Positions 24,488 to 37,345 of a DNA stretch of 64,000 bases are shown piece by piece; the stretch's first letter is position 1; each line of letters opens with the position of its first letter. Below the pieces are notes generated by a model. That model was given only the letters and a program-made list of their open reading frames with translations. It searched no databases and was not told the origin of the DNA. The DNA is from Lama glama (lineage: Eukaryota). Made by a program: the position numbers and the translations under genes. Location of the stretch: NCBI GenBank assembly GCA_028534125.1, contig CM052816.1:29142001-29206000 (forward strand), in the 5' to 3' direction.

Positions 24488-25294
24488 GCATGAATGCTCC
24501 TTTCGTTCCCAGTTTCCATGACTCTCAATTGTCTTCAGCAGTTATGTTTCACATTTTTGTGACTCAGTGACATGTGAGCTTGAAAGTCTTTGTTATAAGT
24601 GAATGTTAGGTGGGTCTATTGGTAGGTGGTTCAAGGGAAGGCCAGTTCAGCTGTTAGGTCACTGTTTCTGTTACCCGGATTAACATATTTAACAAAAGCA
24701 AGCTCTACTGTATTTCATGCTCTTCCAGACCTTTCATCCAGGATTCCAAAGTTCATTACCAGAAAAATATGCATTCATGATTATTCTCATCTTATAAAAC
24801 ACGTATCTTCACAGAATCTTTTCTGTACGATTCACAGAATCATGGCATATATACATCTTTTTTTCAATTTGTGTAATTTGAAATATCTTCTCTAAGCATA
24901 GAACAGTGGATGACGTGCTCACAAATCTGACACAAAAATACCTAACATTTTTCTTTCAACTTAGCAATGTACAGTAAAATAACAAAGAGAAAGCATTAAG
25001 AGCTGAATTATTCTGAAACTGGTTACACAGAACTCCAAACTACTTGTCAGAAGATTTTTAGCAATAGATATTAGGAAGGTAATGGATATATGTACAGGAA
25101 ACCAAGAACATTTTTGTAGCCTCCTACAGCTGAAGTATACTGGGCCTTGACAAGCCTCTAGACAACACTCAGATCATTTCTATAATTCAAGTCCCTTTTG
25201 CAATAACTTCATAGAACATCTTAAACAATAAAACATCCAATCTGTGTTGGCAGCAAAGAGATTCCATTATTCACTCATTCATTTTGAGGTTCTT

Positions 25295-25700
25295 ACCTGA
25301 GTTGAAAACCAAAGAAATTGCTCTAGTTCATTAAAGTAGAAAAATATTTTATTAAAAGGATGTAAGTTTCCGAATCTCTGGGAAAGGCCCAGAAGCCAGC
25401 TTGATGCCCATTCTTCCAGGAACAATCTCCAAAATAAGACACAAGACTCTGCCAGCACCAGGCCACCACAAGACACAACACCACAGTTTCCACTGGTGGT
25501 TCCAGGTACCAGAGACAACTCCTAGAGTCTTTTAGACTGCGTCTCTGGAAGGCTGGATGTCACAGCCTGGGATGTGTTTGTGCTTGACTGCAAAGTATGA
25601 TGGCTGGCAAGGAAGGTCCTGGGCTCAGAAGGTCAAGAATTCCCCAAATACAAGAAAGAAAAAGGTGCTGAAGAGTCAAAATAAATGACCAACGCCGCCC
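25295..25700 (-). mobile_element. Old MaLR LTR (MLT1 family)
   Basis: Degenerate 'ttttattaaaaggatg...gaatctctgggaa' antisense MLT1 pattern. Confidence 0.45.
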
Positions 25701-25739
25701 AAAAACAATAGGGCATTAGATACAGGGTGAGAAAATGAT

Positions 25740-26300
25740 GAGAAAAAATTAAAACAACATGTTAAGAAACAAATTCTTTGGGGATTTTTAGTTTGTTGGG
25801 AGATAGGACAAAAATTAAGCAAATGATCACATTAATAAATGTTTAACTACAAACCGCATAAGTGATCTGAAGGAGAGAGATCTGGTTCTCCGAGAGCTGG
25901 TATCAACAGGACTTGACTTGAAACGTGGACCCAGAAGACTTCTTCAGGAAATGATTTCTGACTTGAGGTCTGAGGAAGGAATAAGAGTTAAACCAATGAA
26001 GGGAGTTGAAGAGCATTACAGAACATTCCAGTCAGAAAAAGCACATACGCAGAGGGCTGTGATGAGAGGGAACATAGCAAGTTGGAGGAGGTGGGAGGAC
26101 TGTGTATTTACTTGAGTTGAAGGTTAGAGTTGGGGAGAACTGCTGGAAATTAGTTTTGAAAGGTAGATGGGGCTAGACAAGGCAATATTTATGTCTTCGT
26201 TCTGAAAGCAAATGTGGAAGGAGTGTGTAAGAGAACTCTAATCAGATCTCTCTGATAATTGTGTGTCAAGTGAGCACTGGGAGGCTGTAGACATCGTGTG
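25740..26300 (-). mobile_element. L2 fragment
   Basis: 'agacttcttcaggaaatgatttctgacttgaggtctgagg...agaacattcca'. Confidence 0.55.
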
Positions 26301-26819
26301 GTTCAGGAGAGAGAGGTGACAGTCTCATCTCTCACGGGACACTTGGAGAAAACCCAGCAGACACTTTACAGCAGATGCTTGTTGCTTTTTCTTCAAGAGT
26401 GTAAGTTCTGTATACCTGTCATTTTGCAAAACTGAATTACATACATGCCTAAAAAATTTTCCGATTTTGAGAAGTTTAATGCCATAAATATTTCTTTTTT
26501 GGAAATTGCATCTGGGATGACAGTATAGAATATTTTCAAGTCATAGCTTAATATATTTGGACAAATTGAAATTCCTTGAAATTCAAAATTTATTATAAAA
26601 TGCATTATAGTTTCCAAATAGTGGATGACCAGGGAATGATATTATTTATCACTGCTTTTCACACTTCCACATGAAAATTGCCTTTCCCTGGTTGTCATAT
26701 CAACTGACTCTTCACCAAATAATTCTTAGTTAATTTCCACATATTTAGCAATCAAAAGCTCTATAAGGACTTCATTAATTTTTCTTCAATTATTTGAAAT
26801 TCAGTTAGAAATAAAGAGT

Positions 26820-27065
26820 TCCTTGCATTAAAGCAGCCTGAAGTATTAGATTAAAACATGTGGTTTGAAGCCAGGAGACCTGATGTTCAGTTCTGTTTCC
26901 ATCACTTCCCAGAAATGTGATATTTTGAAAGTTATTTGGTCTCTCTAGTCTTTGTTTTCTCAGCTGCAAAAGACAGGATCTCCAGTTGAGTTGTAATGAA
27001 GATAAAACAATGTACCATCAAAGAGATATGCATACTAGAAAACTGTAGACGCATAAGCTGTTATA
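26820..27065 (+). mobile_element. MIR SINE
   Basis: Degenerate core 'agttattt..tctctctagtctttgttttctcagctgcaaa'. Confidence 0.55.
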
Positions 27066-27559
27066 AAAGATGAAAATGATTCACTAAATAAATAGGGGAG
27101 GAAATGCAGACACATTGGGGTACTTCCTAGCAAAGACAATATTCAAAACTTTTGCAGCATTTTTAACAGTATGCATAAAAGTAGAGACCAGAACTCTTTT
27201 GATTTTGCCTGTGTTTCTTCTTTCTGGATTTTCCTTGCTGGTCTGTGAGCTTAAAGAAGGTGAAACCCTGAATCAGCCCACGGCAGCCTCCCAGATGGGC
27301 CACACCCGAGAAGCAATCATGGCAGTATATTTAAACAGAGACAAGGAGTAAGCAGGACATACCTTTTCAATCACCACAAATGCTTAGGTTCTTCCCATGC
27401 ACTCTGTTTCATTTTATCTTATTAGTTGTTCATCAGATAAACAAGGCAAAATGGGTAATACTTCTCAGTTCAAGACACATTATAATCATTGGTCCATATG
27501 AGGCTCTCTAATTTTAATATGTATTTGTTCCAAGGTAATCATTCTGTTGTGTTTATTTC

Positions 27560-30330
27560 TTTTTATTTTAAAGTGCTTTAAAACGTGTTGAGTGATTTTA
27601 TTGGCATTTATTTTAAACTATGTAAATCTTTATAAGGAACATCTCACTTGGCTTTTTACTCTTTTGGTCTAAGTACTATCTTCTGAAGATCCAATCTTAT
27701 TTCTCTGTGTACATCAGATAGGTTCCTCCTAAGGCTGCTTAATCACCCATCGTCTATATTCTATAAGTCTTGCTTATTTACTCCACCCAAGCTGCCGCCA
27801 ACTCCCACCACTGTAACCATCACTGCAATAAATATCTTCATATATTTCATGCTATAAAAACTCCATGTTTGAAATTTTCTTTGGGATAAATTCTTGGCAG
27901 CAGGGTTGCTGCATCATAGTATATACATATACTTACTTTGCCTACATCACACCAGGCTGTTCCTCAGAACGGCTGTGCCAATCTACTCCCCTGTGAAGCT
28001 TTCTGCATACGTGCTTCCCTGACAACACTCAGCACTTTACAGCCTTCTAATTTTTGCCAGTTTAATATTGTTAATCTAAGCTGAATTTCTCAGATTGTTA
28101 TCTTCACCATGCCTTTGGGTACTTGGTTCTGAGAGTTTTCTTTTCTATAAATTGCTTGTTCGTATTCTTCACCTATTTTCCCACTGCAGTAACTGACTTG
28201 TCAGTATACAGAAATTCCCTGCTAATTATTAATCCCTTGCCAATTTCAGACACTGAAACCACCCACTCCCATTTAGTCGTCTACTAATTCGGCCCATAGT
28301 ATTCTTCATGAGTGAAATGCCTTTGTTTTCCTGAGTGCGTCGATGCTTCCACAGATTATTTCTTCTTTCCTAACTTCACAACCATGGGGATCTTCCCCTG
28401 TGGTCCTCTCCCTGCCTGAAGTCTCCCCTGAGGGTGCTGGAGACAGAGTGACAGCTGCTCAGGTAGAGAGGGTGGATCAGGTTTGCTTGATGCTCTCTCC
28501 CCACAACTACAACAATGACTGGACCAGGGTTAGTGCCATGAACATGTGCCGAAAGAATGAAGGTGGAAAGTCTCCCAGAGTTATGGAGAGGTCATTTCAT
28601 CTCCTGGATTCTTTAAGGTGCATACTTCCCCCAACTTACTTGGTTTGTGTACATGAAAAATCTTTCTTGCTCAGGGAGGGAGGGCTGCAATAGGGTGGAG
28701 CAGTAGGAGCTGTTTCTCAGTCTCTTTCCATCATTTCCATCTCCATCAGGTTCCCAGTGGGTCTTCCCCAAGAGTCTGTATCTGCAGATTTTACATAGAT
28801 ATACATACAAGTAACTACCTTGCTAGTACAAATCAATCCAAAGTGCAGATTCCCACAATATTTCATTGTTATCTTTATTGGGGCATCATTTACATGGAAG
28901 GAAATACTCCTGTCTTAGTTACACAGGGTGTTGAGGGGGGAAAAGCCTTAATTTTTATATGATTGTATTTATCAATCTTTTGCTTTATTGTTTTTCCTTT
29001 TGAAATTTTTTGAAGTGTTTCCCCATTCCTAGATCGGCAAGATTATCTCATAACTTCTTTTCTATCAGCTGTATGTTTTTTCCCTTCCAACTTACATCTT
29101 TAATCCATTGGAGGTCATACTATATGTAGGCTTAGGTAGAGATCCAATTTAATTTTTCTCAATACAGTAAGATAATTTTCCAAAAAAACTTCAACTCAAC
29201 AGTTTCTACTGATTTGTGGTAATTCCTTTAAAGTTTATTGAAGTCGCATGGTTATGTGAGCCTCATTCTGAGTGCATTATTTTCTTCCACTTAGCTGTTT
29301 CTGTGGTCTTACACCAATAGCACATTGCTTTTATTACTCTGGCCTTGTAGTATGTCTTAGTATCTGACAGGGCAAGTGCTTCACCTTTATGACTTTAAGC
29401 AACAGACAGCCATAAACTTTTATTTCTCTCTACAAATTTTAGTGCACATCTAGCAGTTTCTCTAAAATACCTAACTGGAATTGTGATGGAAATTGCACTG
29501 CATTCATCTACTGAATTAAAGAGAACTTGTATCTTAATAATATGAATTCATCCCATCCAAGAACATGAAATGGCACTCCATTTATTCATATCATCTTTCG
29601 TGTCCTTCACTCAGATTTTAAAGTGTGTCAGGAAAATGATTTGAAACTTGGAAATAAGGCCAAAAAAGGTGGGTGGCACATCCTTTGAATATCATGTGGG
29701 GGCAAAGGCCACAAAAGGATTGCTATAAAATGTATTCAGTTTATGTCATTGTTTACTATTAATAGGTCTCATACCTAGTGAGGTTACATGTAAACTTCTA
29801 GAATTTTGTCCACTAGATGCAAATAATTTTGTGTCTAATGGAAGCAGTAACACCAAAGATTTATGGTTTGCCTGTGGGACATTAGTTTTATAACTAATTT
29901 AGCAATCCTAATATTTCTCTGTTAAATTGCCTATAAATCCCTGGCTTCTTAAGTGCTCTTTGAAGTTACCCATAACACCTTATTGGCTCCCTTGTTAATG
30001 AATTAGTTTTAAGTCTTTGACACATGTTGATTTTATATTTGCATGAATGTCATCATTTTAACTTTTTGAAAAGTAGAGTTGGGCAAGTTTCTTCATAAAC
30101 ATTTTACATATTCTAGACTATTTTAACTCTTAGATACTTTTAGTTTTATAGCAATTACAAATGGAATATTATTTTTCTGGAGTTTTCTGATTGCTAGTAT
30201 ACAGAAACATTTTTGATTTTGTAAGTTGATATTGTATTCAGCAACTTTTCTAAACTCTTATATTGGTCCTAATAGATTGTCGCTGGATTCTACTAGTTCT
30301 TTTAGGTAGACAATTATAATATCAGCAATT
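27560..30330 (-). mobile_element. Patchwork of ancient L1 (L1ME/MC-like) fragments with later insertions
   Basis: Antisense L1 motifs 'tatgtcttagtatctgacagggcaagt', 'tcccatccaagaacatg', 'gttgatattgtattcagcaact'. Confidence 0.65.
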
Positions 30331-30978
30331 GATGAATAGCTAGATACTATACATTAATAAATTTTGAAAGATAAGTGGGTAAATTCCTAGAAAATTATCA
30401 AATGCCAAAATTAGCCCTAGTTTTACAAATACTTCCCTTGAGGTTGATCCTAGTTTTAGCTTCTAACTCTTAATAAAAATTGATATTTATAGTGTGCTTT
30501 CACATAAATGACCTCATTTGATACCCACTAAAATTTTATGAGTTAATTGCTATGCCTATGATATATTAAAGAAAATAAACATACAAAGGATAAGCTCATC
30601 GTACAAAGTTACAACACTAGTGGTGGATCCCTGTCAAAAATCCAGTTCTAGTGCCTGAAATCTTGTATAATTTTCTGTAGCAGAAACTTTGTGTCTCCCT
30701 ACCCCTATCCTCCAGGTCATTTCACTATCTAGATGTTCACAAAAAAATAAAACCGATTATTGCAAAGAATTCATTATTCATTAGCTAATGGGATAACTAC
30801 CTACAGAAGGTATTATTTCTGCCACCCTTTGATCCAGGAAGGAAGAACAATTTGTTCTTGGGGACAAGAGAGAAACACAAAATCATGACATCTCAGGGGC
30901 CTTGCTTTCTCTTTGGACTCTGGAGGACATAGCAGGATCCTGTAACTGATCTAAGCAGCTTTTAAGATCTGCTTATGG

Positions 30979-31200
30979 CAAGGTTGCCAGATTCAGCAAA
31001 TAAATACACAGGATGTCCAGTTAAATTTCAGGTTCAGGAGGGTGGGTATAGCTCAGTGGTAGAGTGAATGCTTAGTTAGCATGCACGAGGTCCTGGGTTC
31101 AATCCCCAGTACTCCATTTAACTAATCAATTAAAATTACAGATAAACAATGGATATTATTTTAGTATAAGCATGTCCTGTGCAACAGTTGGGATATATCC
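30979..31200. mobile_element. Partial MER53 hAT MITE interrupted by a Vic-1 SINE
   Basis: 'agggttgccagat'-type terminus, 'caggatgtccagttaaattt', then resumes 'cagataaacaa...ttttagtataagcatgtcc...ttgggatata'. Confidence 0.8.
31037..31132 (+). mobile_element. Vic-1-type camelid tRNA-derived SINE
   Basis: A box TAGCTCAGTGG; B box GGTTCAATCC; 'gcatgcacgaggtcctgggttcaatccccagtac'. Confidence 0.88.
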
Positions 31201-31419
31201 AGTGTCCACTATGTATATTATATATTATAATCTTTAAAACAACCCTGAAAGATGATTATTATTAACCTTTTAATGTAAATAAGGAAGCTGAGGTTCAGAG
31301 ATATCAAGTAAACTTTCAAGGTCACCAGGTGGTAACTGGCAAAGCCGATCAAGACCATCTAAAGCCCAAGCTCTTCAAATGCCCCGCCAGTGCCTCAGAT
31401 AACAAAGAAATAGTGCCTG

Positions 31420-31835
31420 CTGCTCAGGGTTAACGCCAGTCCTGTTTCCCTCTCCTCCCTTGCTCCGTGCTACAGCAGAGGCTCGGAAAGCTAAGCTCTC
31501 CCTTTCCAGTTTCCGTCCCACCCAGAGCAGGACACGTGATGCAGTCCTGGCCAGAGAAGTGGAAGCAGAAGTTGACCTGGGCTTCTGGAAAATCTTTGTT
31601 TCACAATCAAAGGGACAAACATGAGCCACTGATCCTCTTCTTGCCACAATCACAGATTTGATGATGGGAGATGTGGCCGTCATCTTGTGATGACTATTCA
31701 GGGAAGGCCAGGTGACCTAGAGCGTTGCTGCTGGACCCTGATATTATTGAACCCTTGAACCAAGAACAGCAGCACCTACCTCCAGACTTCCTGTTAGGTA
31801 AACGTCAGATGAGTTATTTAGCTAGTTTGTCAGGG
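31420..31835 (+). mobile_element. Old MaLR LTR (MLT1J/K-like)
   Basis: 'cagtcctggcca', 'gccgtcatcttgtga', 'cctacctccagacttcctgtta'. Confidence 0.6.
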
Positions 31836-32943
31836 TGTGAATGTCCTTTCCATATTAAACTGCTTGGATGTTAGGGATTCTCAGTAGATTCAAATTCAGC
31901 CAACATGTATTGGATACCTAATACTTCCAGGCTCATTGACAGATGTCATCATGATAATGATTTAACCTCACAATATCCATGTGTACTGGTGATTATTGTA
32001 CCCATTTCACAAAACTGGTTCAAAAAAGCCTGACAGATTGTTCAAAGGCTACACACAGAGCTGGTGGCAACATCAAAATTCAAACTTGTGTCATCTGAAT
32101 CTGATTGCAGGCTTTTCTCTTTTAGATATCTGGAAACACTCATATGATACTGAGATGATAATCTGTTTTCGTTTTGAAAGTATGCATTCAACAGGAAGTT
32201 TCCAGTTTCCAGAGACAAATAGTTATTTTATAAGGAAGTTTCACTTTTACCAAAACTCATATTCCTTAAATTCAGTGTATCCATTAAACTGGCCCAAGGT
32301 TTTTCATTTTTATGCAATCTGTGTTCTCTACCATGGAGAAAAGATTTGTGGTAAAACAAAAACTGAAATCCGAGGAACATTTAAGAAAACAAAAAGGTAA
32401 CAAAAAATGCTGTTACAAATGTGAAAAAACATGCAGTATGATTATGATAGTTATATCTCACATCTGCTGAGGATGGAATATGTAATGCTGGAAAATTCTC
32501 TTACAATTGCATTGTTCCCTGAGTTCATAATACTACACTGACTGGCAATCTCTCAGCATACAGAGTCTTTCAGCAGAGGAAAAGAAAAAGAAGTTGTCAT
32601 CTTTAAAAAAAAAAGGTACTATAGAAAGGGAAAAAGATTCAGCAAAGGGCAGCACAATAACAAGTTGTGAGAAGGCATTACAAAGTCAGAGAGAGCTGAG
32701 TAACTACTCATTTGCCCACCATCTTAATAGGATAAATTCCTCCAGGCTCCTAAAAGATAATGAGCACGCCAATTATTTTTTTGGGGGCCCAGGAGCAGGA
32801 TGAGGAATTACTGCTGTTTTCAGACATAATAACACCAGTGGAACAAGTTGGAAATGTCATCCTCAAGCAGTCATCCTTTTTCGAGCAGAGAGATGTTAAT
32901 CACAGGTGAGTCTTGCCAGTGGCTCTCCAATCACAGAAGTCAG

Positions 32944-32960
32944 GGTTCATTTGCAGTTCA
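32944..32960 (+). promoter_or_regulatory. Canonical DR5 retinoic-acid response element (GGTTCA-tttgc-AGTTCA)
   Basis: Two perfect RGKTCA half-sites with a 5-nt spacer, the same half-sites as the RARB2 RARE; lies in non-repetitive sequence near HOX/PBX/MEIS motifs. Confidence 0.55.
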
Positions 32961-33369
32961 AGTATGATGCTCTCAGATCAAATCTGGTATTAACGAGGTC
33001 CCACAATAAGGGGATTTGCAGCAACCATAAATCTTTTGATCTCCAAGTCAGCTGTCAATTTGTCCTTGTTTGCGGAGAGCACATATTTACTCTGCTTTCG
33101 GAGCGAAGTGATTCAAATAGATGCTCTAGATAGGGGACTATAGCGTTGATTTATGAACATGTGTTGCCATGCAGGTGTTTTAACATAGTAATAATTGCTA
33201 TTTATTTTCTACATTGAGAATAATTTCCACGTACAAACATTACACTCTGTTCAAATCTACTAAGCTTTCAGAGGAAGTAACAGGAATTGTGGTGGTCTTA
33301 GCACTCCTCTGAAGTTCTTTTGTTCCTATTGCTGTTCACTTGGGCTTTTAACCTGAAATTTTTTTTTAA

Positions 33370-34395
33370 CCTGAATTTTTTTATTTAAAAATTTTAAGAC
33401 CTACAAAAATGTTGAAAGAAGAGAACGATAAATACCATTCATCTAGATTCATCAAAATATTAACATTTTGTCATTCTTGTATGTTTTACAGACACCATGA
33501 CAGTTCATCCCTAAATATCACACATCTTCCAAGAATGAGTGTACTCCTATATAACCACAGTGTCACTTTCATATACCTATCTTCAGATTTCCTCAATTGA
33601 CCAAAATTGTCTTTTAAAATTGTTTTACTTTTTCAGCCTAGGACCAAATCAAGGTTCACATCACATTTGGTTATGTCTTTTTAATTTCTTTCATCTCTTC
33701 CAGAAGAGCAGTCTTTTTGTTTCTGTTTCTGTTTTCATAATATTGAAAAATTCAGGACAGTTGTCCTGTATCATGTCCCACATCCTGTATTTAATTGTTC
33801 TTCACCACTAGAATCAGGTCAAATGTTTTGGCACAGCACAGAGACAATGCTGTATACCTCCTACTGTATCACATATCTAATTGAAAGATTAATTTTCCTT
33901 GGCAATTAAACCATATAACCCATGGGATAATATTTTGATCTCATGTGAATATCCTGTTAGCCCAACATTTTACTCAAAAATTTTAGTATTCTTTGATGCT
34001 TTGTTTGACATATTCATCTTCAAAATGGTGATTTTAAAAAAAATTCTCTCCTTTTTCTACATTTGTTAGTGAATAATGTTCTTGAAAAAGAGCTCCCCTC
34101 TTTATTTCTTCTCTCTCTCCTCCTTGCCCTCTTCTATCATGATAGATTTATATTCAATGTGATATAATCTATTACCATCATTACTCTTTTCAATGCTCAA
34201 ATTGTCCCATTTTGACAAGTAGAAACCCCTTCCTCCAGGCTTCTGTAATTCTTTTCACATGATCCCACTAGTCTTGGAGCACTTCCTTGCTTTAGGGCAT
34301 GCATGACAAAATATCCCAGACTTACCTTGTATTGTCCTTGCCCTGGACCTGGACTCACTTCTCCAAGGAACCCGGGTCCCTATAAGTACAAGACA
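33370..34395 (-). mobile_element. Ancient L1 3' UTR (L1ME/MC-like)
   Basis: 'ctcctatataaccacagt', 'atgctcaaattgtccca', 'cttgccctggacctgga...ttctccaaggaacc'. Confidence 0.65.
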
Positions 34396-34404
34396 GTATC
34401 TGAG

Positions 34405-34816
34405 TGTTGGAACCACTCTGGAGAAACAAAGTAGATCCCCCCCACCCCCACCTCAAATGTGGTTAGAATGTCAAGACTGATCACCCACAGGAAAAGGGTA
34501 TATGAAAGGTTTACTACCTACATGATGAGGCTTTGTGGGGAAGGCAGGGCATTCTCCTCAAGCTGGTCTGAAAATGGCTTGCAAGAGCTGAGGAAGAATG
34601 GCGTGGAGGTTTTTATGGTGGTAAGAGGGTGAGGATGGCATGAGGGCCAGGCAGCGGCTTGTGTGGTTTGAACTTCCCACCAACATCAAAGGTGAAAGCA
34701 CTCAGACTTTCTTATCAGATTTCCCAGAAGTGGGGCAGAAGAGGAGTGGGGAGGGATGAGGCTTAGGATGCCAGCAAACATCAAAAAAAAAAAAAATGGA
34801 GTCAGACTCTATTACA
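34405..34816 (-). mobile_element. Solo ERVL-class LTR (MER54/MER73-like)
   Basis: Minus strand begins TGTAATAGAGTCTGACTCCATTTT; TG...CA ends; 5-bp TSD CTGAG/CTGGG. Confidence 0.75.
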
Positions 34817-35309
34817 CTGGGCTACACTTACATTCTTTTCTATAAATCTGTGAGACAGAGGTCTGCTACACAGACACGGTGTGAGCCCAAATCTCCTTCA
34901 CAGGTGCATGTGAAGGACATGCAACAGGACCACGAGGCACATGGAGCTCTCTACAGGGAAAGCAACCTCCATCAGTACTCAGCATCATCACCAAAATCAT
35001 TACTCTTTCTGAGTTCCTTGACATTCTCAAATTGTTTCTATATCAGTTATGGACAGGGCTATCAATTTTCTGTTTAGAAAATCAACTTTAGAAAGGCTGT
35101 GTGCTTTCCTGATGTCAGAGGGCACCTCAGAGGGTCAAAAGCATTTAAACTCATCTCTCAGTCAGGACATCAAGATGATTCTAAGAGCCTTTATATTTCA
35201 TATAAAATGTTATTAGAGCAGCTCATCATTAAATTGAATTAATAGAAATAACCATTACATTTAAACACTCAAAAAATAAAGCTATAGATGTTTGTCAAAA
35301 CCAATAATG

Positions 35310-35510
35310 ATAATAACAATAATATGAACAGCTAACATGAATTAGAATGCTCCAGGAACTCTTCCAAACACATTGAAGTCATCCTCATCATAGTTCATGG
35401 GATTTAATATTAACATTATCTCAATTTTGCAGTGAAAATTAAAGCCGAAAGAGGTTAAATGATGTGACCAACATCCCACAGTGGGTAAGGGCAGGAGTGA
35501 GGATTCAACT
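35310..35510 (-). mobile_element. MIR SINE
   Basis: 'attatctcaattttgcagtgaaaattaaagccgaaagaggttaaatga'. Confidence 0.6.
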
Positions 35511-36224
35511 ACAAAGGAGAAAGACAACACTGAAAATTCAGCATCTCATAACTGTATTTAGTTCTGAAAGTAGAACACAGATCGGCTTCCACTAAAGGCA
35601 GAAAGTGGCAAACTGGTTCCAATTTGAACCTACTCAGCATGAATTTTATTCCCTTCTATTTCATTTTTACCTTAGAATATTACGGGGCTAAGTGTCCAAG
35701 AGAGCAAGAAGCCAAATGACTAGGCACAGGGCAGGTGAACCACTTGGACTTTCCGATCCACAGGGTCACATCAACACTCAGTTTGGAATTCAGTCAAGTA
35801 TGCCCTGTTGAGGTCTTAAGGTGATTTTTTTCCACTGAAAATCCAGATTTCTCTGTGCTGTAATCACTTTGAAGAAAGAGAATAAACCCTTACCCAAAAT
35901 TTGGTTGGAACGTCAAAACTGATGGCACACAGCAAGAAGTCATGAAGGTTCACGACTTACACGATAATAGTGAGATGATAGCGGTGTTGATTTCAAAAGT
36001 ACCTACAGACTGATGAGTTAAAAAAATTGTTCAACCGCTCTTTGACCTTCAGCTTTGGAGATCTCCATATAGCATGTGTAGTGCTATAATCTACATGATT
36101 TATATTTTTCAGAGCACTTTCACACATATCTCATTGAACCTCCTCAACAACTCAGTGCTAATGACAGAACATTTACCTACACAAATGTGAAGCAAATACC
36201 TTATGTGATCAATGTGTGTACTGA

Positions 36225-36770
36225 AGTAGAGAGAGTATGTCAAACACCTTTCCAACCCCTTGGCCCAACACTTTTCTCAAATGGCTGTGGCAACCAGCTG
36301 CGCCATGGATATAACCTTCCACATAGTGACACACCTCAGCTGTGCCGCCCATCCCTTGCTTTCTGCCCCAGGCTTCTCTGTCCACTGAGATTCTAGGCTG
36401 TGATGGGTCATGTGCAAACTGTAAGAAGAAAGTGAACACCCCTAGAGCAACCCTTGATTAACAGAGGACAGGAACTGATAAATAAACACTCACCTTTCCT
36501 GTCCCTGATGGACGATTTGGAGGCACATTCTGTACATCTCCAGGAAACCCTGGTAGCACTGAGCCCCAGTTATGTACAGCTATTTTCTTAAAATGGCATT
36601 GTTAGCTTGGCTTCCCTCCTTCTATGTCCCCCTCTTCCCAATTTATCAGATTTGGCTACAGTAGTTAATTAACAGTTAATACACACATCAAGAAAAGCCA
36701 TATTCCCTGGGAACCATTCATCAAGCCCTTGTCCTAAGATCTGCTATAGGGGTGAATCCAAGCAAAATCA
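36225..36770 (+). mobile_element. LTR16-like ERVL LTR inserted in a MIR
   Basis: 'agcaacccttga...gataaataaac', 'actgagccccagtt', 'cttgtcctaagatctgct..gggg..aatcca'. Confidence 0.6.
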
Positions 36771-36868
36771 AAGAGTTGAAGTAACTTATAAAAGAGTCAG
36801 TTAATGTTGGAGTAAAAAACTAGGTCTTCTGTCTCCTTATGGGGTATGATTAAAAGCATGGGTGCTTA

Positions 36869-36995
36869 ATTTATATATATATATATACACACACACACAT
36901 ATATATGTTCATGTATAACTGAAAAATTGTGCTCTACACTGGAATTTGACATAGCATTGTAAAATGATTATAAATCAATAAAAATTAAAAAAAAA
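36869..36995 (+). mobile_element. Young camelid-type L1 3' tail with exact 17-bp TSD
   Basis: AAAAGCATGGGTGCTTA at 36852-36868 and 36996-37012; TT/AAAA endonuclease site; poly(A). Confidence 0.9.
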
Positions 36996-37104
36996 AAAAG
37001 CATGGGTGCTTAGGTCAGATTCACCTAGGTCTGAAACAAATTGAGATTCCTTAAGAATGTGCCTTGATTTTTCTGATGCTCAACCATCTCATTGGAATAT
37101 TAAT

Positions 37105-37345
37105 AAAAATAACAATGGCCAACTGTTATTGAGTGCTTCCACATGTATACTGTGTTCTAAATGCTTTGTATATAGTAACCTTCTAATCCTCACCGTAACC
37201 TTATGAGATATATACTACCACTGTCACCATTTTGCAAATGAAGAAACTGGGGTACAAAAAGGTTACCATCCCTGAGATCAAAGAACCAGTAAGTGGCACT
37301 TCAGGGATTCCAGCTCTAGACAATCAAACTCGAGGGCTCACACAT
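37105..37345 (-). mobile_element. MIR SINE
   Basis: 'tattgagtgctt...taatcctcaccgtaaccttatgag...cattttgcaaatgaagaaactgggg'. Confidence 0.75.

Noticed and set aside
31037..31115. tRNA-like sequences with A/B boxes (also ~5005-5078 and 52972-53045)
   Set aside because: These are SINE heads with AT-rich tails and, in two cases, clear TSDs; they lack a proper acceptor stem and are not tRNA genes
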